Positions 1 through 47,968 of a DNA stretch of 64,000 bases are shown here, piece by piece. Each line of letters starts with the position of its first letter. Position 1 is the stretch's first letter. Where the stretch lies: the NCBI GenBank assembly GCA_012295275.1, contig CM022665.1, positions 9,796,001-9,860,000 of the forward strand. The letters are read 5' to 3'. Below the pieces are notes generated by a model that was not told where the DNA came from, did not search any database, and worked only from the letters and a program-made list of their open reading frames with translations. The DNA comes from Chrysomallon squamiferum (taxonomy: Eukaryota > Animalia > Mollusca). Position numbers and translations under genes: made by a program.

Positions 1-173
1 TTTTTTATTTAAAAAGAATTTGTGAGATGGTCATTTGATTTCATCAGTACTATAATAAACAGTTAGCTGAATTCAGTGAAAGTATCAACATTATTTGAGA
101 AGTATTATTTATTCACCACCAGACAAATAGGTATTATTTGTGTTTTATTTATTACATGTATTTGTATTTATAC

Positions 174-283
174 CTTCATTGTGGCTGGGAGGCAAAGCAA
201 GAGCAACAAATTTTTCTGTGTTGCTTTGAATATCTTTCTGAACTCGCCCCTGAGTTTTTATGGCTGCAATTTCTTCACGTATT
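174..283 (-). CDS. FSIP1: FSIP1-like exon (IREEIAAIKTQGRVQKDIQSNTEKFVALALPPSHNE)
   Basis: cttacag| acceptor, AAG|GTATAA donor, 110 nt, phase 2 to 1. Confidence 0.85.
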
Positions 284-2336
284 CTGTAAGTACATTACAA
301 ATACAGGATAAATAAAGAAAACATACATATTATTAATGAAATAAAAGGTCTCTGTACAATTGTATTTAATAACAGTTATGTTCTATCACGTCTTTTGCAA
401 GATTACAGAACCCAAATTGTTAATTAGACAACAGCTCTATTTATTTAATTAAAAGTCTTTCTTTGTAACCCAGTACTAGTGAAAATCACATAAAAGTAAT
501 AACTGATTTTGAATTGTTTAATTTACTTTTCATTTTTGTCAGTTAAAAGTTATGCTAGGAATTTTCTAAGCATAAAATTTGAAAGAGTGCAGAAAATCTT
601 GATTTCAAATGTTATTTTATATTATCAGTATAGTAATTTATTTTATTTTCCATGACATAAGATGAAAAAATAAGTAACTACTCTTTTTTCCTATTTTCTT
701 TAAAAACATAAAACTTGGATTTACTTTTTTTCCAACAATATCCTATCCCTCTTAACCTCCTTTTCTTTTTTCAATTTTTTGGCAAGAATACGATCCAGTT
801 TTTTCATTTTGACATAAGCTTCTCGCAATTTAGGGTCCATGTCCTCCAACCCATCTTCTGCATCTTTCTCAGGTTTGGCATTGACATCTATCTGACCATG
901 TTCTATAGCTTTGAGTTTAACTCTGTACACGTCCAGTTCATCCTTCATCTCCTCTCTCACCATCTCCTGAATCTCCTCTTTAATACCTTTCAACAAGTCA
1001 CGTTCCTCTTCACTGTCAATATCATCACCATCATCATCTTCTTCTGTAAGTATAAAGTAAAATATGTAATTCAGTAATACTGTATTTTTTTTAATTTTAT
1101 GGTCCATGATGTGAAGCTTGCGATTTATGTCTAAAACAGTGTTAGTGTTAGTGTCTTTAAGACTTAAAGATATTATGTTTTATATCTACAGTATAGAAAG
1201 CTCAATTATATTCCCAAATCCAAAATAAACTTATCTATTGAGGTAGAAAAGAACAATAAAATATAACTTAATGTTTTATTAATCTATGAAAAGTAACAAA
1301 GCATTTTGTGAAAGGAGATTTTTTTCTAAATTTATAATGAAAATATAAAAACTAATTCCATAGATGACAGTGCAATAGTTTTTAAATACAAACTGTAATA
1401 GAAATGGATGTATTTTGTAATAACTGACTGTAATATATTGCCATTATATCTCAAGGCAGATTAGATGTTGACTTGTATTCTTATGTCAGTCTTGCAGCAA
1501 ACAGGTATTCTTATAGCAGACATATGTTCTTATAGCAAACTTATATTCTTATAGCAGACTTACACTGATAACAGTCCTATACTCTAATAGAAGAATTATT
1601 TTCTTAATGCAAACATATATTCCTTTACAGACTTATAATCTTATGGTTTCAATCTTATTTTTTGTATACAAAACCAGTTTTAGTATCAGTCTCTTGCAGG
1701 ATTAATGAGAACAGAAGATGCTGAAGGTACACACATACTTACGATAAACTAGTAGTCAGTGTTGAAATACAACCCATACACCCCTGAGACAAAGCAGTTA
1801 CTTGACCACATTACCATAAATGTAGATTACTAAAATAAGTATTAATTTAGAATATTTACCAGCTGCAACCAGTGCTGTACAGGTGGTGATATTTTCATTT
1901 TGAGAAACAGTAGGAAGATCACTTTTTTCTTCATTGTGTTTCTTGTTTTCATGTACTTCTTCTCCTGAACTGGCATTTTGTGAGTATTCAGAGATATTGT
2001 CATCACTTATGTCTTGTAACTCTAAATCAAAATCATCATCCTGTAATAATTAAAAAAATATCTAATAATTATGTGCTGCTGGGGTTGTTTTTTTGTATGG
2101 GTTTTGTAATAACTAATTATTTGATACAGAAAGTATATTTTTATAGTTATACATGCATATCAGCCATTTCTTATTTTGTGTGATCTTGTATGCAAGACTA
2201 TATGCATACTTCAGAGAGAGAGAGCAATGAATTTATAAATGCAACAAATATAAGAACAAAAGACAAAAATACTAACCTGAGAAAGATTCAAAAAATCTTT
2301 ATCACTGTCAAATGAAGAATGTAGGTCTACAGACAT
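174..2336 (-). CDS. FSIP1: Fibrous sheath-interacting protein 1-like, 5' part (gene continues beyond left edge); coding exons 2336-2277, 2040-1860, 1043-725, 283-174
   Basis: Four GT-AG exons with compatible phases (0,1,2,1). DPKLREAYVKMKKLDRILAKKLKKEKEVK...IREEI...NTEKFVAL resembles the FSIP1 coiled-coil motif (human MKKLDKILAKK...ENTKKFLSL, from memory). The N-terminal exons are acidic and poorly conserved, so the start codon is less certain. Confidence 0.8.
725..1043 (-). CDS. FSIP1: FSIP1-like exon (EEDDDGDD...RILLEK)
   Basis: Core of ORF 721..1107; 319 nt, phase 1 to 2; contains MKKLDRILAKK. Confidence 0.9.
1465..1645. repeat. Degenerate ~19-20 bp tandem repeat (gacttatattcttatagca-like) in FSIP1 intron
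   Basis: Recurring ttcttatagca(g/a)ac core. Confidence 0.7.
1860..2040 (-). CDS. FSIP1: FSIP1-like exon (DDDFDLELQDISDD...TALVAA)
   Basis: Open 181-nt exon, ttacag| and G|GTAAAT, phase 0 to 1. Confidence 0.7.
2277..2336 (-). CDS. FSIP1: FSIP1-like first coding exon part (MSVDLHSSFDSDKDFLNLSQ); exon acceptor at 2439
   Basis: ctttacag acceptor, in-frame stop upstream of the ATG, CAG|GTTAGT donor, phase 0 matches next exon. Confidence 0.6.
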
Positions 2337-3105
2337 GTTTTTTGAAATTCCAGTATTGGAAATAACATGGATCTTCTTAATCACGATACTGTTATTCCAG
2401 ATTTTTTAAATATTTTTGTTGTTATCATGCTGTTAAATCTGTAAAGTAATTATTCATATTGATGTACATGTGGCAGAATAAACAAAAAGAATCAGTATAT
2501 TTAGTGAACTTCCAAACCAATATTTAGTGTCTACTTTTTTTTTTTTTTTTTTTTAAAAGATTACATTTTGACATTTATACAGTTTTGTATTTAGTTAAAT
2601 ATATTCTTCATTTGTTTTTGTTTTTTCAAATAATTATCCTCATTATAATATATAAAAGAAAGGATTAAATATATGTGTGTTTCATTAATGCTCTCGTATG
2701 CATCGTAAATTAGTTCTCTCCATATAAACTTTTTATTTTTATTTTTTTAAATTAAATTATCTCATAAATAAGTATCAGAATTCACATACTGAATATACTT
2801 TTCCACGTATGACGTTCCTTTTGGTAATAATATTGCCAGTGTTGTATAATTTACAAAATATATGTGCAATAGTGATATTATATAACATTTATTTTAACAG
2901 CATTCAATACAGGTCGGAGATAAGATTGGAATTCTTTCCATAAAATGTTATTAAAATGTTTTCAGCAGTTAAAATATATTGCAGCTATTTAATAAAAACT
3001 GTTATTATTCTACCACCAAAGTCGTTATTCCTGATTTACTATTATTGTCAGGAGTTCAATTTTTCTTTCTCTTTAAAATAAACTGCCAAAATTGTTGTTT
3101 ACTGA

Positions 3106-3119
3106 ATTTCCATAGCAAC
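3106..3119 (-). promoter_or_regulatory. RFX X-box-like motif (GTTGCTATGGAAAT on - strand)
   Basis: Close match to the GTTRCCATGGYAAC consensus, at the 5' end of a flagellar/cilia-associated gene. Confidence 0.45.
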
Positions 3120-3680
3120 TAATATTTTTCTTGTGCTTTAATATTAATGATATGCCTAAGCTTTTATGAATGATATATAGCTGATCAAAATTGTTTCTCA
3201 GTTATATTCGTCTGAATAAATACTGATTTTTCAAGAACTTACTTTCATCGGTTGTTAATAATTATTATTTATTAGGAAAACCAGCTATCATTTTGCATTC
3301 ACTGGTATTCGATCAACTTTGTTTTTCCATACACATGTATAGTTGGCGTAACGTTTCATGAGTATCGGTAAAAAGCGTTTGAATCTCACTAAGGTTTACT
3401 AGAGTAGTTTTCTCCTGAAATTGTAATATTTGTTCCCGGTGTCGTACGAAATTGGTCACTTTGCAATATTACTAAAACCGGAGATAAAATCATAAACCAA
3501 CTAAAGTTTTAAGGATTTATACCACTTGCTATTCGATTATTCAGCCTAAAATTATGATAACCTTTATAAATAATGGGGTTTAAAGGAGATTACATTAAAA
3601 ATTTCATTTAGGTTTATTTCATTATTACTATTATTTTAAAGTAAAATGGATAAAAATGAAATGAAAGAATTTATTTGTAG

Positions 3681-3683
<3 letters not shown>

Positions 3684-3726
<43 letters not shown>

Positions 3727-3769
3727 TATATATATATACATATATATATACTTATATATATATATATAT
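3684..3769. repeat. (TA)n microsatellite, interrupted
   Basis: Direct reading. Confidence 0.95.
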
Positions 3770-4795
3770 GCATATTAATAATTGTGATACAAATTATATT
3801 TCCTCTGAGACGCGCAGAATGGATGGGATATTCTGAACTGGGAATAATGTAAATTCTAACACCGGTTTAAAACCGTAATTCTTTACATTCCATCAAACAT
3901 TCTTTTCTCTTTTCTGTCGAGGTATAAAATATGCATATTTAAATATAATAGCATTTCGTGTTGCCTCGTTATTGTTATTATTTAAGAACCTAAAAAAAAA
4001 AATAAAAAAAACAGAGAAGAGAAAACAAAAACATACAAGTAACATTTAAATCTATATTATATATTATATACTATTAGTATTACTTAGTTGACTAGATGTA
4101 TAAGCAAACGCCCCTTTCCTTATTTCGTTAGACGAAAAATACCCTACAAATACAGCATAGAGTAAATTGATAATAATAATATGAAACAGTAGACTAACAG
4201 ATAGTGTCAGTATTGTACATTTCTCACTCTCACGTGTGTGATGTGTGCAGTCGGCAAGCTAGTGGGGTTTTTTTGTTTGTTTTTTGTCAGTTTATTTATT
4301 TAGTAGTAGTATACTTACATTTTTTTTTTTTTGTTTTATAACTGTTGTAAGCAAATAATGTGATTACTTTACACATTAGTAATTTTAAATAAAAATGCCA
4401 TTAATATAACAGGAATTAAAAAATATATGTTTAAAATAATTAGGACAGTATTATTAATTTAAATAACCACCATCAGAATTCTAAACATTCCCCAATTTTA
4501 AACTTAAAAAATCATTTTCAAAAAATCTTATCTGAGGATTTTTATTTCATGTTTTCCATTTTAAATTTAAACTGTTGAAAAAGTGTTTTTAGAATATACT
4601 TTTATTATATAATTTTGACATAATTTATTACAAAATAAAAAAAAAAAAACTTTTCTGTATATATTTGTGAGAAAGTCTAAATTTTTGAATAATAAATAAT
4701 TTAATAACAATTCTTCTTTCTTTTTTACTTCATAAATATTGAAACATTAAATTTGTGCAAAAATGAGTAAACTGTAGTTTATTGTTTGTTTACAG

Positions 4796-11885
<7,090 letters not shown>

Positions 11886-14800
11886 AGTGATTGTTATAAA
11901 TCACTGGAGAGAAGATACACTGAAACTGCATTTATCCTTGAACCACAACTACACAGACATCAAACAATCAACTGATTAAAATGTGATTTTAATGAACAGA
12001 TTCATACAATATTAATTTGAAATTTGTGATTCAAAATAGATGTATTTTGGAGCTGCTGTTTAAGCAAGCACTCTGGAAATGCTAGTCATTTATTTGGAAA
12101 TGTTAACTGTATTTAAGCAGTCTTTTAAATCTCGGATAACAAATACTCATTGATCACTATACCTTTGTCTAATCATACACCATGATCCAATTATATTGCT
12201 GATGTGAGAATCAGATAATTAATTTTAGTTTTTGGAAACTGAATTTCTCTGTATTGTTTCTAAATATTTCACAAGTTACTTTTTAAATGAGATGCATAGT
12301 GATATATATTTTTTTATTTTTTATTTTATTTTTTCATACAGGAATTCTTATCATTCTTTTGGACATATCAGTATTAATACATATGTATATATGTGCCTTT
12401 TTACTATAACACATTAATGTCCTGTATATCTTACTAATGTAAGACTACTAGTCTTTTGTTTCTGGGAGCCATGTTTTAAACAAGGTTGATAATAATGTTC
12501 ATATTTACTGAAATGCTAATCTTTTTACCAGTGTAATTTATATCATCAGTATTAATTAACATATAACAAAAAACAACATTTTTGAGTTTAAATTAGGTGT
12601 TGTATAAGGTTTATGTAGAAAGCAATGCTAGTCATTTATTTTTAAATTTAATGTCATCATATTAAAATCTCATTTGCTGAGTAAATGCAGTGAAACTCAT
12701 TTTAACCAAACACTCTTCAAACCAAATAAATTGTGTTTACTGAGGTTTCAGCAATATTTACCTTTGTGCCAGACATGCAGTATAATATATTTAGTTATCA
12801 AGTTAAACTGAATTCTGTTCTGAAATTGAATTTACAGTATTATTTGTTTTGTTTTTAAATATATTTTTATTTCTTTGTTTTTATATTGTACTGTTTTTTA
12901 AGAAAAGAGTTGTTATTTGTGTTAATGTTTAGAGAATGTGAGAAAAATGGTAGTAAAAACTAACATTAATGGATTCATTAGTAGTATTGATTTATTATGA
13001 TGAATCAGAATTTTGATGGTGGTCCAACACTGTTTTAGCATTATAACAGATGTGTATGTATGTGGATATATACACATACATATATATTTACATACATGTA
13101 TATATAGTGTATTGGGTTGTCAGATAAATATATTATTTTTTTTTTATTCAAATAACATCTTATTATTTTTATAAATTTTAAAATGATATTATTATCCCAT
13201 GAAGTTAAATATTTTAGTTGGATACTACACAAACATATTGTATCACATATTAATAATTGTAAATTAATCCTTATACAGATTTGATTATCCTAAAGCACAA
13301 ATTGAAATTATTCTATTAAAATCCAAATAATTCTTTATTTCAAATTCTTTATTATTTATAATGACAGATTTTATTATATTTTTTATATTATTATTTTTTT
13401 TTTTTTTATTTATTTAAATTTTTTTATATTTTATTTGTTGAGGGTTTTTTGGTTGTTGGTCTTTTTTTCTTTTTTTTGTTTTGTTTATTATTACTATTTA
13501 TTTTAATTTTTTTTAATTTTATTTGTTGAGGGTTTTTTGGTTGTTGGTCTTTTTTTCTTTTTTTTTTGTTGTTTATTAATACTATTTATTTTTAATTTTT
13601 ATATATTTATTTTTATTTTTTTGTGATATATGTAGACAAGTTGTGAAGGTATAGGCTATTAACGGTTAAATATATACAGAAGGCTCTGATTATCATTTGA
13701 AATGTTTACTAAGTGAGTATGATTGTGTGAATAAGCTAACCAGATGAAATGTATTTTTTTGGCAAATAATTATTTAATAAAAATAATTCCTAAAATCAGT
13801 GTTAACTTTTCTTTCAACTTTATATTATTATTTCTTAGAGTCTACACAGAAATTATGATCTTGGTTAGAACTGTATCAGAATTTCGATCTGCTTATCAGA
13901 GTAAACTTCATAAAATGTATATAATAAATGACAGATTTATTTTAAATATATATATATATATATATAAGACAGCTATGAAATTTTAATAAAAATTTTAATT
14001 TTATTTTTAAAATTATCTTAACACATTAACATTTTGTTTAAAAATTATAGCTGTTATTATTTTTATTTTTAATTCCTTTTCATTTTGTTTTTTTGTTAAA
14101 TGTACAACCAGGTTCAATGATACAAAAAATAAAAAAAAGTATCATGAAAGATTTCTCTGGTAGAACTTATTTTATTTACTAGCTGATTTCATTGCTTTAA
14201 CCAACTTGAAAGATTGTGTGAAAAAAAAAAAAATTGTCTACAAAAAGGAAAGAAAAGTCATAGCAATAATTGATTTTATTGATTAGAGTAAAAAGTCAAT
14301 GACAGATCGTCTGCCCCGAGGGCAAAATAAAACAACTTTTGTAATTTTTTAAGACTTCTGAAATCGCACAAATGCAACTTCTTGTGGGTTTTTAATTTCT
14401 TTTCCATTTTATTTCCTTTATAAGCACTTTATTACTTACATAGTCTTAAAAGTTCAATTTACAGCCCATTACTCTTCTCTTTTTTTATTTTCTTTCTTTT
14501 TTAGAATGTCTGGACAAATTTACTTTATAAATAATTATGCCATGTCTACATTTCTCTCTTATCAGGGGCAGATCTAGGATTTCAGACAGGGGAGGGCAAC
14601 CATCATTGCAGTGTAAATAATTTTCAAGATGAAATGTGTTTCATTATATGGAAAATAACACTATTTGGAAAAAGTTATAAGATCCATCAATCTGGATGCA
14701 CATGTACTTGATAGTTATTATTTTTATTTCATTTATTAATTTCCCTTGCTAAAGGCGACCAAATGTATCTTTATTTTTGGAATTCTAAAATAAATGATTA

Positions 14801-17800
14801 ATTTCTTAATAACTAACAGTCCACAGTAACATTTTTATTTATTTATTGTTTTTTAATAATTTTTTTTTTTTTTATCATTATTATTTTTTATTTATTTATT
14901 GATTATTTTGATAGATTATTATATTTTAATTAACAAATAAAACGTTTTTTCAAAGGAATGTTTATTTATAGTGTAAACATATTGTTTAGGTGAATCAACA
15001 ATGAAATATACAGTTTATAGGTGTGTATAAAAAACAATGAAAAATGCAAAAAATGATGTATAACAACAAAATAGATAAAATGATAAAATCTCTAGCAGGT
15101 ATTTCACAGAAACACGGTGATGGTTAAAAACATTTAAAAAATAATACTTTCAATCTGATTATGTGAAAAATATGCATAGGTAACAACACAGCTAGAATAA
15201 TAGAAATGTGAAAGAATAAAATCGTACATTTTTAAAAACAAAAATGTAAAACTATATTAGTTTCTTTTTACAGACACATTTATATTAAAATAATCATGTG
15301 GTAATAAATAAAACAGATTTTGTTTATTTCCAGTTGATTATTTTATTAGTTACCATCCTTTGGTAATAATAAAGTAAGACACTAAAGAAACTAGCTCATT
15401 TGAGACACACATATATATGTAAATACACACATATACATATACATACACATCTATATATACACACACACACACACACACACATCCAAATCCATACACACAT
15501 ACATGTATATACATACCAGATAGGACAGCTTTACATTTATTTACAGACAATCAGAACCTATTTTAATGTGCAACAAAAACAATTATCAAACTTTTACATC
15601 ATTGTCATACTTTATTATTAGCAAAGGTTGATGTATAGATGCATAAAAAGAAATAACCTGAAAGTATATACAATATTTATTAAGGTTACTGTTTTCAACA
15701 CAGCTATACTTTAATCAGTCAATTATCATTTAACTGTAAATTATTTGGTGGGAAATCTCTTTTCAAACATATTTCTCTGTAGAAAATGTAAAATGTATAG
15801 GAAAGTACTGACAGAGAGAAATGATTTAGAAAATGTAACATGGCAACCAGCAGAATGTCAGTAAGAACGTTTTCTTGTATTTGTACTTTTCAGATAAAAA
15901 CATTAGAACTCATTATAATGTTAGGTTCATGACCAGTTTCATGTGTATATTGGCATAGCATTTTTCAATAGGTGGATATGAGGATATGATTTTGTTTTAC
16001 TCATGACATATGTACATATTCTGAAAGGTGATATATGAGGTTGAATACATATAAATATCTAACTACTTTCTTTGAATTTCACTTAGAAATGCTATAAACT
16101 TTTGTCCCAAGTGAATATTACACTGTATTAACTGATGCCAGCAAGTTCAGTACTGAAAGAAACCAGAACCCTACCTTCAAACTTTTACTTTTAAAAAAAA
16201 AAAAAAAAAAGTGAATGTAATAGTTTTCTAAGCAATTACTGTCACAACAAACAAATCATAGCCATTTCCTATATTACCAAGAGATAGATTTTCATTAAAA
16301 GTATTTAAACATCTGAAAGATTCAAGAAAATGAAAACTGTATTAATGTAGTGCTTGTGAAAACCAAAACTGCCATAACAAATAAATAGATTTTTCTTCCA
16401 TCACTAAGAATTATTTACATTATTTAAAATTCTTTAAAAATTTCAAAATTTGAAGTCACTTAGTAATATTCACCAGTTCATTGATCACAATGTAATATCA
16501 GACAGAAAAGAAGAAAAAAAATCAAACCCTGTAATCATTTCAGTTACACTTCTTACCAAAACACAATAATTATGATAATATATTAAACCTATATAATAGT
16601 TCACTAATTTATTTGCTTTCGTCATATATTTAAAACAATATCTGACTGAAAGTGTTATTATTTTACCAATTATAATGTTCATACATTAAACAAAGTAATT
16701 TAACAGTTGTGAATGACTGTCTAGTTTTTCATTATTAATTGAAAAACAAGACTGTGCTTCACTTACACTGTAAATAATTTAATAACAAATATGGCAATTT
16801 CTGTTTTGTTAACTACATTAATTATTTACATGATCATTTTCCTAATAATCTATGAGAGCTTTTACAACTGCAACCTGCAGTTTTCTCATTATTTAATAAT
16901 GAGTTATAATTCTCTCCTTATTTTAATACTAGTTATGTGGCAGTAAATAGAAGTTTTGAATGGCCTAGCTCAAATTTTCTTTTTGACATTAAAAATGATT
17001 AAAGGTATAATCTATTGAAATTATTGCTAAAAGGGAAGATGGGGAGAAAGTGCAGAAATAAAAAAATTAAAATTGTTTTAAAAATAAGAATAAAAATAGT
17101 GAAGAACAAAAGTAACCAAGTTTAATGAGACTAAAAGTTTGAAAGTGTTGCAAGACCAGAAAGAATGTTTATTAATAACTGTAAAATAAATAATTATAAC
17201 ACAACTACCAGTAGTATCACCTTTAGAAACAAATCTTTTTCTTTCTATTATTGCTTATTTTCTGATTATAACTTCTTGTGTCTCTTGTTAGGTTTAACAA
17301 AAAATAAACAACATCATTGACAATATCAAAAATTACACAGAAATCATATTAGTCATTATTAAAGAATAAGAAAATGAAATAATTATATTATAAAGCCAGA
17401 TATTCTTCATTTTAAACATAAACTATAATTATTTGTTATGTAAATATTACACATACTTTAAATTTCTATAAAACAAAACTTTTTAAATTTATAAAATATA
17501 TCATTGTAACAGGGTAAAAAGATATTCACAACAAAACAAATTTTTAAAAGTTTTATTCAGAACTGTGATCAGGATAGATAATTCCATTCAATCAAAATCT
17601 TTCAGTATGGAGTACATATTGCTTGACTTGCTGTTTATTTATTTATTAACCTATATATTCATTTATTTAATTGTTCATGTTATAAAACAATAGATCTAAT
17701 TTTGATAAAATAAAATATAATTCAAAATTATATAATTCTTTTATTAATTTTTCACTTACTATCTTATTATAAAATGGTTTATGTTAGAAAATGTCTAGAA

Positions 17801-20598
17801 GGAATGACGTATGACAACATTAAATAGATTGTTTTACACACTATGCTTTATCAGTGATATTTCTAATACTTCAGTATTGCTTAGAAAAGAAAACAGTTAA
17901 AGATAAGTGTAACTATTAAATCTTCTGTAGCCTATATATATTTTGTATGCTTAGAAGTGACTGGGTTTATTACTAAGGACCAACCTTTGTTAATAACAAA
18001 GTATGACTGATTATAAGACGGTGGAGACTGCCATTTTCCCTCCTTTGTAAAACATGCATTCATTTTGGTATCAAGAGTAATATAAATCCACAGAAACTGC
18101 TACTTCCACTCTTTTATATAAAAAATAATAATAACAGTTTCATTTTGTTATACAAAAATCCTAAAATGGATTTTCTGTAGGCAAAAATGTTTTTACTGAC
18201 TGTAAAATTGCATGGCAACTCATTTTGATTATTTAAAAGATGATATCAATATTTATTCAACATATGGTCTATTGCATTATGTAACAAGGTTTCTTGCCAT
18301 GAATATAACAACTCTCTTTCATGTTTTATGTCTAGAATAGGTTTGTTTTGGAACTTCTGCTCATCACAGATGAAGCTATATTGACATCCTGTGCATATGG
18401 GTGTGTATATATAATTTACTGTACAGTGTACATGAGTCAGATAACTGTGCTAAATAGTATTTTGATAAACGTTATTTTGAACATGGGTGCTAAATAATAT
18501 AATTATGTGCCAAATTGAAAACTGTTTATAAATGTACTTGTCCAGTAAAGGTGTACTAAACTGAAACTATATTATTTTAAATTATACAATATGCTAAACT
18601 GAAAACTGCATTTAAATAGCATTTTTATAAATATATTAATTCCAACTCTATAATGTGCCAAACTGAAAATTATGTTTTATAATAGCATTTGATAAATTAT
18701 ATTATTTAATATTATATATATTAATTCAAATGTAATTGTCAAATTATAAAGCAATAATTAGAAAAATGTGTATTTAAATAGTATTTTGATAAATATATTA
18801 ATTCAAATATGGCTGTCAAATTACACAGTGTTACAAAATGAAAGTTCTTTTCTCAGACTTTAATAGCATGTTTATTTGAAGATAAAGATACTTAAAATAG
18901 ATAAACTATAACTGTCTGTATGAATGATGAATTTTATATCAAAAGAAAATGACACAAATATACTAGACACAAAAATTTTACTCTGAAAAATTATATTTTT
19001 AAAAAATAATTCAAATTCTTCAGATAAAGAAGAAGTCAGTATTTTTTTGCATACAGTATATAAAAAAGATAAAATGATGGTAAAAATTAAACAATGAAAA
19101 TGTACTTGATATGTTTTTAATGATTTCTGGCAGCTTGCTGCTTTATTGTTTTTGCACAATCAAACTATTTAATTAAATTCTCTTAAATAATTATTGCAAA
19201 CTGCCCAGTCCTGTGAATATCAAAATAAAACAAAACAAATCCACTGGAAATGGAAATATTTAAATTCTTATATAAAAAAAGACAACTAACTAACAGTTTG
19301 TACATAATAGTAAAAGTAAATATCTCATTCATTTCATATTAAAATTAAGTTACATTTTATATTGATTTACTACATAATACAGTTTAAAGCTAATATCATA
19401 TGATTGTTTCAAATGTCTTTTTTTTTAAATTTCTTTTCTTTTCTTTTTTCAACCCATTTCAGTACCTTTGGTTTTTCTATTCTTCTTCTATGTTTCTATT
19501 TTTATTAATATTATTATGATTATTTGTTTTCTTTTTTTCATTCTTTTTCTTTTATCTTTTTTGATCCTTCTTTTTAATTTCTTTAGATTTTGTTTTCAAT
19601 TCTTCATTCCTCTTTTTCCAAAAGTTCATTCTTATTTGTTAAAATATTTACTAAATTTATTTCTCAAATTAAAAAGTAAAAAAGAAAAGTAAATTTAAAA
19701 GAATTGCTTTAAACTTGTGCTTTAACTACAGTGAAACACACTAAAGAAAGGTATAAAAACTTTATAAATTAAGCCACAAAATATTTTTAAAATATTTCAC
19801 AGCTGATTAAAAAATAAAATAAAATAAAGAAAAGTTTTTGTGGATATGATCTGTACATGATTTAAAAACATTCTAATATCTGCAGCAGTCATTTATAACA
19901 ATCGATAAATTCGATCATATCAAACTCCACAAAATAACGGACTATAAACAGATATTCAGTCTCCATTTTGTTTTTTGTTTTTCAGTCCAGTATGAAGCAA
20001 GTTTCTTTGCTTTTTCAGTTCTGAGTTTCACAAGTCACTCACTTCCAACATTTACTCATTCATCATGAAATGCAAGATGATTATTTAAAAAAAATTCACA
20101 GGTAAAATGAACAGAGTATTAGTAGTGTTTAAAAATGTCTTCAGAATGTTTCATTTCATCACAGCCAGGCAGTCTTTGTATTTAGGTTATCAACAAATGC
20201 AGTCATTATTTGTTGGTCTGATTCTGTTAACAATGTATAACCAAGTTGTTTCCAACAAAGAATTATCTGAACAAACCTGTCACTGGTAAAGTCTCAGAAT
20301 TCACCAGAGAGTTCTACTCAAGACAGGTAATCAATCCTTTTTTTTTTCTCCAAAAGATTTAAAATACGAAAATTTCACTTGCCATTATTTTTATTTTTCA
20401 CAACACTTGCATGAACAATGTTATTTTGCTCATTATTTTTAATTTCTAAAGTTAGCTAGAGATCAGATAGTGGAATAAACTGTTTGCATATATTTGGGTT
20501 ATTAAGCCATCAATGCCAAATGATTGCCTCAGTTTTATATATCACAGATCAATTCAGTCAGAATCCTTGAGGTATAGTTTTAAAGTGAGTATAGTTTG

Positions 20599-47968
<27,370 letters not shown>

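Larger units (their letters stand above)
2690..4260. promoter_or_regulatory. CpG-enriched, probably bidirectional promoter region between divergent FSIP1 and BDH2
   Basis: Roughly 25-30 CpGs by eye, versus very few in flanking introns. A perfect - strand donor (AAA|GTAAGT, 3242-3237) fits an FSIP1 non-coding exon 1. A + strand candidate donor GAG|GTATAA at 3921/3922 fits a BDH2 non-coding exon 1. Confidence 0.6.

Noticed and set aside
715-1077. 120-aa + strand ORF
   Set aside because: Antisense shadow of the FSIP1 exon.
14563-14602. GC-rich caggggcagatctagg...ggagggca, resembling a DNA-transposon end
   Set aside because: No matching second terminus was identified by eye; at most a fragment.
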